DNA of 64,000 nt from Candidatus Marinacidobacterales bacterium. GTDB lineage: Bacteria > Acidobacteriota > Vicinamibacteria > Marinacidobacterales > DATDRI01. The notes beneath the pieces were generated by a model, which was given only the letters and a program-made list of their open reading frames with translations, made no database searches and was not told the DNA's origin. Position numbers and translations under genes: made by a program. This document shows, piece by piece, positions 57,401 to 64,000 of the stretch. The first letter of the stretch is position 1. Every line of letters starts with the position of its first letter. The stretch is taken from positions 1,952,001-2,016,000 of the forward strand of contig CBDCNP010000002.1 of the NCBI GenBank assembly GCA_965219415.1, read 5' to 3'.

Positions 57401-57576
57401 GGTGATGACGACTCGTATGGAGCCCGCACCCATATGTTGGAGGAGGCAAATGCGGGGAGGAACTCTAGTGGGAGGCGAGTGAGAGAGAGCCAACCCATCA
57501 CGATGATACCCATGACCGCCATGCTCATCGTGACGCGCCGCTCTACTGCGAAACGAGCGATCGGATTGATTCTCAT
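54469..57576 (-). CDS. Second RND efflux permease
   Basis: 1035 aa; GMLVDNSIVV, GVVVNNAI, RLRPILMT. Confidence 0.95.
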   Translation of the reverse strand: MRINPIARFAVERRVTMSMAVMGIIVMGWLSLTRLPLEFLPAFASSNIWVRAPYESSSPEEVERLIVRSLEDILGTVNGIDTLTATASANQGSVSISFLDGTDMDLAAVEVRDRIDRVRNLLPDDLRRVEIRRFQSSDIPVLRFHLSADWGKDRLYDFVENVLQRRLERLEGVAQIEIRGLKKRELQVRINPARMRAHGLDVRDLADVLRNNNYNLSGGFIKEGSRKLLVRSMGEFETAKEVRSLPVNGVRLGDVADVEYTYPRQDEYNFLNDGEALAARVYKASTANLLEVVDRVKAEMEEIKSMPRAAGLSVRYYRDASVDVRKGLGQLRNAGILGGALAITFIFVFLRRLRTTLLVAISIPLSVVLTFVILYFLRQLEVSEVTINIISLMGLMLAIGMLVDNSIVVIESIFRHHEELGEDARTAALQGTSEVAMPIMASTLTTICVFVPLIFLGSLGGGFMRFMTDVGTTIMVVMVSSLLVALTVVPMAAAVLLRGEAPRGSKLVESLTRGYGYIIGFSLRHRVFFIVGIVAMLYGSWALFGTIERSFSPRSMERQVTIYLDTPRHYAFEQTQALYAEVAKILDQRREELDISDIVYEYSRRGGRSRGGWGGSKKFDIFLVGEEEAALTTREARERIRAVLPVKAGVTFKIASSSGHGGGRFGISMEIMGDDMAVLELLSEKVVAALEALPWVRDVDSSLESGDDEIRVEVDRERALQAGLSTRAVAFTINSALSSRPVTRLKSDDREIDVVMQFREEDRETLDQLKKTPIFSGEAVLPIGALAEFRVQESPRTIERVDRRPKITVTANTVSQGTSFRMMEQVRAITDSINLPPGYSWTFGRWERWAQSDMGSARFGIIFALLLIYLIMAALFESFVQPLTIMFSIPFGFIGVGVILKLTNQPLDNMTNLGLIILVGVVVNNAIVLIDHINHLRWQGMSRNEAIITGGRHRLRPILMTALTTILGLTPMVAPVIFPSWLGSPEGWAGNWAPVGLVILGGLTTSTFLTLVIIPTIYSLIDDFAVYWKRVIQAT

Positions 57577-57956
57577 CGTTCCTGATGCCTGCGCTTTCTT
57601 TTCTCGTCTTCGCGCGTCACCATCTCATCGAATTTCTTTTTCTGCTCCGGATTCAACAGAACACGAATGTCTCGCCGAAACTCCTGTCGCAATGTGTCGA
57701 AGGCGGCCCGCGATTCGTCCCAGAACGCGTGGGCACGTTCGCGGTTAGACGCGATCGTTTTCTCGAGTGCGGCCTGTTGTTCCAAATCGAGGTCGAGCTC
57801 ATGGTTCAGTTTTGCTAGAAGCTTGGCGCCGCGCTCTCCATGCCGGTGGGATCCCTCTCTTTCGAGCAGCAACCGATCGAAAGCCACTCCCAAGCTCATC
57901 CCCACAATGAGCGTCAACCCTAGCGTCGCCCACATCCAGTTACGAGACGATGTCAT
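57573..57956 (-). CDS. Spy/CpxP-like periplasmic protein
   Basis: TM anchor; LDLDLEQ and LNPEQKKKF (LTxxQ-like motifs). Confidence 0.75.
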   Translation of the reverse strand: MTSSRNWMWATLGLTLIVGMSLGVAFDRLLLEREGSHRHGERGAKLLAKLNHELDLDLEQQAALEKTIASNRERAHAFWDESRAAFDTLRQEFRRDIRVLLNPEQKKKFDEMVTREDEKRKRRHQER

Positions 57957-58096
57957 TTGAATTGCCTCAATGCAGGCTCGCTCCTTAACCCCGCGCGAGG
58001 AGCCATCAGCTGTCCCGAAGCCGCTTGCCGGCGAAGGGACGGCGGGGGGGGCCCGCCGCACTGATGAAAGGTCCAGTGCATTTCCTCGGCACCCTG

Positions 58097-58558
58097 CTAC
58101 GGCTCCATTCCCGGGAAGGGCTCGAGAGCGATGCTCAGAACCGGATTCTGTAACGCCGCCTCCTCGGACACGACGGAAAACCCATTCCCTAGCTCCCGCG
58201 CCTCCAGCTCAGTCAAGGCATCTTCTGTCTCCGAGAGCCATACCGCCGCGATGGCAACGAGAATGGCGGCCACCGCCAGAGGTGCGAGCCGAACCGCCAG
58301 CCACCGCCAAAAGAACCTGGGACCAGCAGACCCGAACTCTTCGTCGCGCTTCGTGCGGAAGCGGGCAACGAATCCCGGATCGGCCTCCACGGAATCAGCG
58401 CCAACCGACAATATCCGGGAGAGGCTTTGCAGCGACTCGAGCTCCTCCTGGCAGGCCGAGCACGTCTTGATGTGCTCGCGCAAACCCTCACCGTCCTTCA
58501 CCGGCAGCTCTCCGTCCAAGAAGGCGGAGTAGAGCGGCTCCCATCGCTCACAGCTCAT
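58097..58558 (-). CDS. Zinc-finger (zf-HC2) anti-sigma factor
   Basis: MSC...SAFLDGEL...HIKTCSAC plus TM segment. Confidence 0.9.
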   Translation of the reverse strand: MSCERWEPLYSAFLDGELPVKDGEGLREHIKTCSACQEELESLQSLSRILSVGADSVEADPGFVARFRTKRDEEFGSAGPRFFWRWLAVRLAPLAVAAILVAIAAVWLSETEDALTELEARELGNGFSVVSEEAALQNPVLSIALEPFPGMEP

Positions 58559-59217
58559 CGCTTCCCTCCCTGCGTACCCTCTGTCGGTGACCTCAACTCT
58601 CGGAGCCGAGACCTGAGCTCCAAGCGGCCCCGGTGCACGCGGATTTGGACCGTTCCCAAGGGCCACCCGAGAAGCCCTGCAATTTCTCGATAGGTCATGC
58701 CTTCCATTTCTCGCAGTACCAAGGCGCTTCGATACTCCTCACGCATCTCCGACAGTGCCATTGCGACATGCCGTTCCAACTCGCGGGCTGCCACGAGAGC
58801 CTCGGCGGACGTTGTCCGGCTCTCATCTAGTTCGAGTCCTCCAATAGCGGCGACCTCCAGAGAAATCTCGGCCTTGCGACGAATCCGCCGGAGCTCGTCG
58901 TGGGCCCGGTTGATTGCAATCCGGTAGAGCCAAGCCTTGACCGAAGCTCCACCTCGAAACGTCGCTGCCTTGCGATAGGCTCGCAGGAAAGCATCCTGCG
59001 CAACGTCCTCGGCTAGAGCCCAATCTCGAACCAAGCCATACGCCAGCTTGCGGAGCGGGGCTTCATAGCGCCCGACCAGCGTCTCAAAGGCGCGTTCATC
59101 GCCGGCAAGGAACTTAGAGAGTAATTGCTCGTCCGAATCCACGGCCCGCCTCAAGCGCGAAAGCACCGACGGACTCTGGACATGGCTCCCAAAGACAATG
59201 ACGTCCGCCGCGGCCAT
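58555..59217 (-). CDS. ECF RNA polymerase sigma factor
   Basis: AEDVAQDAF, WLYRIAIN, YREIA...GTV.IRVHRGR. Confidence 0.93.
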   Translation of the reverse strand: MAAADVIVFGSHVQSPSVLSRLRRAVDSDEQLLSKFLAGDERAFETLVGRYEAPLRKLAYGLVRDWALAEDVAQDAFLRAYRKAATFRGGASVKAWLYRIAINRAHDELRRIRRKAEISLEVAAIGGLELDESRTTSAEALVAARELERHVAMALSEMREEYRSALVLREMEGMTYREIAGLLGWPLGTVQIRVHRGRLELRSRLRELRSPTEGTQGGKR

Positions 59218-59351
59218 TCTGTTTCAGCGCAACTCTGCAGTCGCCTAGACAGTTTGACAGCTCGTAACTTACCACTATACCTTAACTTCCAGGCGAGCCG
59301 CCGCCTGGCGAAGCTTTTTCTAGACGGGCCTCCGCCTCTAAGGGAGTACAC

Positions 59352-59757
59352 ATGGATCTCCGTGTTGGCCAGACCGCTACCCGTAGCATCACCCTGACCG
59401 AGGAGCACGTCACGAAGTTCGCGGAAATCTCGGGCGACTACAATCCGCTGCACTTCGAGGAAACCTTCGCCGCTCAGACGAAGTTCGGACGGCTCGTAGT
59501 GCAAGGCGGACTCACGACCGGGCTATTGCACGCGCTGGTGGCGATGGAAATGCCGGGTCCGGGCACGGTGTTCCTCAGCCAAAACTGGAAGTTCACGGCT
59601 CCCGTTTTCATCGGCGACACGATTACCGCCGAGGCCGAAGTCACCAGCGTCCACGCATCGAAGCCCGTCACTGGCTCGCGGTCAAGGTGAGCCGCGGCGA
59701 TGGAGAGACGGTGCTCGAAGGCGAGGCCTGGTGCTATACATTCGAACCGAAGGCTAG
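59352..59757 (+). CDS. MaoC-family (R)-hydratase (frameshift near 59670)
   Basis: FAEISGDYNPLH, PGPG, F.APVFIGD. Confidence 0.88.
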
Positions 59758-60521
59758 TTGAATGCTCGGCCGTTCCGAGCGCGACATTCCTGTCGTCCGG
59801 CGGAGAAAGAAAGCGACTGCCCTAGGAAGGTTCCGAGTGAGCACGCTTCGAGCGCGCGCGCCTTACTCAGCGTCCAGCCGGTCGCCTCTTCCGCTTGCTC
59901 GCAAGTGATCCCAGGATGAAGAGAGGTCAAGATCAACTCCTCCCGATCTGCGACGCGCTCCAGGATGCCTAGATCGGTGATGACCCGGGTGACACCCCTC
60001 ACCTGTCCCTCCGTCAGCGCACTCGAACCTACCGAGGTCACGAAATCGAGACGTTCCACGAACGTCCTTTTGCTCTGCCGAACGATGACGAAGACTTCGC
60101 CGGAGGAGGTGGCGATCTCGGAGGCGCCACCCGCTCCCGGAAGCCGAATCTTCGGCTTCCGATAGTCCCCGATCACGGTCGTGTTGATGTTGCCGAAACG
60201 GTCGATCTGAGCCGCACCGAGAAAACCGACGTCGATGCGCCCGCCTTGTAGCCAATAGCGGAACACTTCGGGAGTCGACACGACGCTGGACGCGGTCTGG
60301 GCCAGTTCACCGTCTCCGATAGAAAGCGGCAGGACATCTGGTTGCGCGTCAATCGTCCCCGATTCGTAAATCAAGACGACGTCGGGTGCGTGAGTCAGCC
60401 GCGCCAGATTGGCTGCGGCGCTGGGCAAACCGACACCAACGAAACAGACGGCGCCATTGCGAAGAGCGCGGGCCGCCGCCACGGTCATCATCTCTTCAGC
60501 GGTGTACGAGCCCTCAGACAT
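59754..60521 (-). CDS. catJ: CoA-transferase beta subunit (CatJ/GctB-like)
   Basis: FVGVGLP, IYESG, GAAQIDRFGNINTT, RLPGAGGA. Confidence 0.85.
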   Translation of the reverse strand: MSEGSYTAEEMMTVAAARALRNGAVCFVGVGLPSAAANLARLTHAPDVVLIYESGTIDAQPDVLPLSIGDGELAQTASSVVSTPEVFRYWLQGGRIDVGFLGAAQIDRFGNINTTVIGDYRKPKIRLPGAGGASEIATSSGEVFVIVRQSKRTFVERLDFVTSVGSSALTEGQVRGVTRVITDLGILERVADREELILTSLHPGITCEQAEEATGWTLSKARALEACSLGTFLGQSLSFSAGRQECRARNGRAFN

Positions 60522-61367
60522 CCCTCGACCTCGCCAGGCTCGTGAGGTAGCCGTCGAAATCGCCGGTCTCCAGAACGTGCCGCCTCATCCACGCTTCGAA
60601 ATTCTCTCGCTCGCGGGCGATCGAATCCCACTCCCGATAAAAAGCATTGTCCCTCCGGGTATAGCCGAGCGCATACGATGGGTGAGCACCACCCGGAACT
60701 TCGCAGACCGCACTGACCACCCAATGCGGGAGGACCATCGCGTTGGGTTTCATCTCGAAGCCGTCCACGATCTCTTCGACAGTAACAATCGATTTTTGGA
60801 AGCCAGCACGGCCTCTTTTTGTACCCCCGCGATGCCCCAAATCATCACATTGCCGAGCCGATCCGCCTGCTGTGCATGGATGACCGTCACGTCGGGCCGC
60901 GTCGCGGGCACCGCGGCGAGCTCCTCTTCGGTGAAAGGACATTGGATGCGTTTGATTCTCGGGTTGTACTTCGGCAAGTCCGAACCCAAGTAGCCGCGAA
61001 TCACCGCGAACGGTAGCCCGGCAGCCCCCACCTCGTAGGCACTGGCCATCGCCGCGTGGCTGTGCTCCTCGAGCTCAATCCGCCGCGGCCACCCATGCTC
61101 GACGGCGTCTCGAAATCGATGAAGGGAGCCGACTCCTGGATTGCCTCCCCATGAAAAAACCAGTTTTCGAGCGCATCCCATCCCGATGAGCTGGTCATAA
61201 ATCACGTCGGGGGTCATGCGGATCAAAGCGAGGTCTCGTTTGCCCTGGCGGATCACCTCGTGGCCCGCGGCGTGGGGGATCAGACGTGTGAAGCCCTCCA
61301 TCGCCACGGTCTGCCCGTCGCGGACAAGTTCGGCAATCGCTTTGCTGAGAGTCGTAATCTTGGCCAC
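60514..61367 (-). CDS. catI: CoA-transferase alpha subunit (CatI/GctA-like; frameshift near 60800)
   Basis: EGFT.LIP, RMTPD, SWGGNPGVGSLHR, GAHPSYA.GY. Confidence 0.85.
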
Positions 61368-61466
61368 GACAGTATATGACGGCAACGACTTTGCGTTTGC
61401 AACCCAAGCGAAGGCCGGGGCCGCGATCGTGTGTTAGCCTTGGCGGGTTAGAAAGGCCGGAAGAGG

Positions 61467-62567
61467 ATGTTGGGAACTTTAGAGCAGGGGTTTCTGGCGC
61501 ACAAATTTCTAGGGACCTCCCTTGGAACCTGGCTGATAGCGCTTGGCGTGTGGGCGCTCATCGCGCTGGCCCTCGTTTCCATACGCTCTCTGCTTCTCCA
61601 TCGCCTCGAGACGGTCAGCGAAAAACGAGGCCTCGTCCGCGCCGAGGAGATCTTGAGAGATGCGCTCAGCTCAACGCTCAAGTCCGTCCTCATCGTGGTC
61701 GCCCTCTATGCCGCTCTTGCCACGACCGGCATAGCGGGAAGCGCAACCCGTACCGTCGGACAGATCCTCATCATCGTTCTCCTGCTCCAGATTGGCCGAT
61801 GGGGGAGTCGGCTCATCAAATTGGCGGTCGAGCGCTACGGAAAAAATCACCCCCGGACCCCCGTCTCCGCGACCAGGGCGGTCGGGTTCGTGGCCCGGCT
61901 GGTGCTCTACGCTTTCGTCGCCCTGCTGACGCTCGAGAACCTCGGCGTCGATATCACCGCTCTCGTCACCGGCCTCGGGATCGGCGGCGTCGCCATAGCG
62001 CTGGCGCTACAGAACATTCTCGGAGACATCTTCGCCTACCTGACCATTATCTTCGACGAGCCGTTCTCGACCGGAGATTACTTGGTAGTGGGAAATCAGA
62101 TGGGAACGGTTGAGAAGATCGGCGTGAGAACGACACGGGTTCGGAGTCTAACCGGAGAGCAAATCATCTTCCCAAACGGCGATCTCCTCGGCAGCCGCAT
62201 TCACAACTACAAGCAGATGCGGGAGCGGCGCATTCTCTTCACCATCGGTGTTCTGTACGAGACACCCCATGAGAAACTAGCGAAGATTCCGTCCCTGATT
62301 CGTGAAATCATCAAGGAGCAAGATAAGACACGTTTCGACCGCGCCCACTTCAAAGGCTTCGGAGATAGCGACCTCACGTTCGAGGCGGTCTACCACGTCC
62401 TGAGCCCGCAATACGCTGTCTACATGGATATTCAACAAGCGATTAACTTGGGGATCAGCAAACGTTTTGCGAAAGAGGGTATCGGGTTCCCTTACCCGAC
62501 GCGAACTCTATACTTGAACACACCGACTCCACCAGGGAATGTTGTGAACGAGCCACCCGCATCATGA
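61467..62567 (+). CDS. MscS-family mechanosensitive channel
   Basis: GLGIGGVAIALALQNILGD, GTVEKIGVRTT, FPYPT. Confidence 0.93.
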   Translation: MLGTLEQGFLAHKFLGTSLGTWLIALGVWALIALALVSIRSLLLHRLETVSEKRGLVRAEEILRDALSSTLKSVLIVVALYAALATTGIAGSATRTVGQILIIVLLLQIGRWGSRLIKLAVERYGKNHPRTPVSATRAVGFVARLVLYAFVALLTLENLGVDITALVTGLGIGGVAIALALQNILGDIFAYLTIIFDEPFSTGDYLVVGNQMGTVEKIGVRTTRVRSLTGEQIIFPNGDLLGSRIHNYKQMRERRILFTIGVLYETPHEKLAKIPSLIREIIKEQDKTRFDRAHFKGFGDSDLTFEAVYHVLSPQYAVYMDIQQAINLGISKRFAKEGIGFPYPTRTLYLNTPTPPGNVVNEPPAS

Positions 62568-63790
62568 AACTCGCTACTCTCTTCGTTCTTCTTCTCGCGG
62601 CGCCCACCGCCGCAGGACAGGAAAGCTGGCCGCAATGGCGAGGCCCGGATCGCGATGGGGTGTTGCAGGGTTTTTCCGCTCCAACCCGTTGGCCCGATCG
62701 CCTGGAGATGAAATGGCAACAAGAAATTGGCTCGGGCTATTCGTCCCCGGTGGTCAGCGATGGCAGGGTCTATGTGTTCTCCCGCAAGGAAGGACGGGAG
62801 CTCGTTTCCTGCCTGGAACTCACGAGCGGTAAGATTCTTTGGCAACAAAGCTATCCCGCCCCCTACCGTGTAAACCCCGCGGCCGCCTCGCACAGCCCCG
62901 GCCCGAAGTCGACGCCGGTGCTAGACGACGGCAAGCTGTGCGTCTTCGGTCTCAGTGGGATTCTTTCCTGCTATGAAGCGAAGAGTGGGATTCCACTTTG
63001 GCGAAAAGCGTTCTCGGATCAGTTTTCCGCCAACGCCCCGGTGTACGGCGCGGCGATGTCGCCTCTAGCGAGAGACGGCGTGTTGTATCTACACGTCGGA
63101 GGAAACGACGACGGTGCGTTCATCGCCCTTTCGATAGGCACTGGGGAGATCGAATGGCGATGGGACGGAGACGGGCCCGCCTATGCCTCTCCCATTCTTG
63201 CCGAGCTCGGAGGCGTCCGGCAGATCGTGACGTTCACGCAAGAGTCTCTACTTGGCCTCGACGCATCCTCGGGAAAAGTTCTGTGGCGCATCCCCTTCAC
63301 GACCCCCTGGACTCAAAACTCGGTCACTCCCCTGGTGCTTGGGGACAAGATCGTCTACTCCGGGCTCGACCAAGGCATCACAGCAGTGAAAGTGACTCGC
63401 AAGAGCGAAAAATGGAACACCGAAACGCTCTGGAAGAACGAGGACCTTTCGATGTACATGAGCTCGCCCGTCGTGCACGGCGATCTCTTGTTCGGACTCT
63501 CGCAGTACAAGAAGGGACAGTTCTTTTGTCTCGATGTGCGAACCGGCAAAACACTGTGGGTCAGTGAAGGACGTCAAGGAGATAACGCCGCCCTCCTGCA
63601 GAGCGACGGCGTTTTGTTCCTCCTGACCAACGAAGCCAAATTGGGCGTCGCACCCGCGAGTGCGGATGGCCTCAGACCAATAACGACCTATGACGTGGCG
63701 GAGAGCCCGACGTGGGCTCATCCGGCCGTCCTGGGCAACCTAATATTGGTCAAAGACAATTCTCGTATCGCTCTATGGTCGCTGGAGTGA
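62564..63790 (+). CDS. PQQ-like beta-propeller secreted protein
   Basis: Signal peptide, WPQWRGP, repeated G...W blades. Confidence 0.9.
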   Translation: MKLATLFVLLLAAPTAAGQESWPQWRGPDRDGVLQGFSAPTRWPDRLEMKWQQEIGSGYSSPVVSDGRVYVFSRKEGRELVSCLELTSGKILWQQSYPAPYRVNPAAASHSPGPKSTPVLDDGKLCVFGLSGILSCYEAKSGIPLWRKAFSDQFSANAPVYGAAMSPLARDGVLYLHVGGNDDGAFIALSIGTGEIEWRWDGDGPAYASPILAELGGVRQIVTFTQESLLGLDASSGKVLWRIPFTTPWTQNSVTPLVLGDKIVYSGLDQGITAVKVTRKSEKWNTETLWKNEDLSMYMSSPVVHGDLLFGLSQYKKGQFFCLDVRTGKTLWVSEGRQGDNAALLQSDGVLFLLTNEAKLGVAPASADGLRPITTYDVAESPTWAHPAVLGNLILVKDNSRIALWSLE

Positions 63791-63798
63791 AACCCCGT

Positions 63799-64000
63799 CT
63801 ATAGATCCTTCGAACCGACTTTTTCCTTCCCCTCTTCTTGCTCCAGCTCTTTTTCTAGAGTCTTGAGGCGCGACTCGAGCTCTTCCATTCTTTTCTGCAC
63901 GCCGCTCCAATCCATGGACTTGATGCGCTCCAAGCGCTCCTGCCACTCCTCGCTGTCGAAATGCTCCTCGAGGCCTTCCATGGCGTTGCCCAAGGCCTCC
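63799..64000 (-). CDS. Partial CDS, coiled-coil C-terminus
   Basis: Open frame running off the window end. Confidence 0.55.
   Translation of the reverse strand, partial: EALGNAMEGLEEHFDSEEWQERLERIKSMDWSGVQKRMEELESRLKTLEKELEQEEGKEKVGSKDL

Noticed and set aside
59754-59870. Atypical CatJ C-terminus, possibly a foreign insertion
   Set aside because: No TIR or TSD identifiable, so it cannot be supported

Overview
GC-rich bacterial chromosomal window, probably from an Acidobacteriota (Vicinamibacteria-like) genome; this is inferred from gene families, not shown directly. It is mostly housekeeping: efp/yjjX/tdk, a ccsA-hemACDBL operon, Fe-S genes with an Rrf2 regulator, clpB/dnaK, kbl, queG, an ECF-sigma-linked two-permease RND locus and catIJ. 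It also holds IS5, IS30, IS1595 and IS256 elements. Many genes carry 1-nt frameshifts, probably long-read errors. The main new observation is at 10.8-13.4 kb. Inside a split Opp/Dpp-type ABC peptide-transporter locus, and directly upstream of a membrane-anchored HD-GYP-GAF-GGDEF enzyme, there are three tiny co-oriented ORFs too short for the ORF track, each with a Shine-Dalgarno site. They encode MNNGVLWV, a leader-type peptide ending ...ELEERTAP-ALIFNG, and MNRGILWV. The two octapeptides differ mainly at synonymous or conservative positions. An IS1595 element inserted exactly at the start of the third. This looks like a candidate micropeptide-controlled c-di-GMP signalling system. The IS also carries a passenger gene split by a 301-bp inversion that can be rebuilt in frame.
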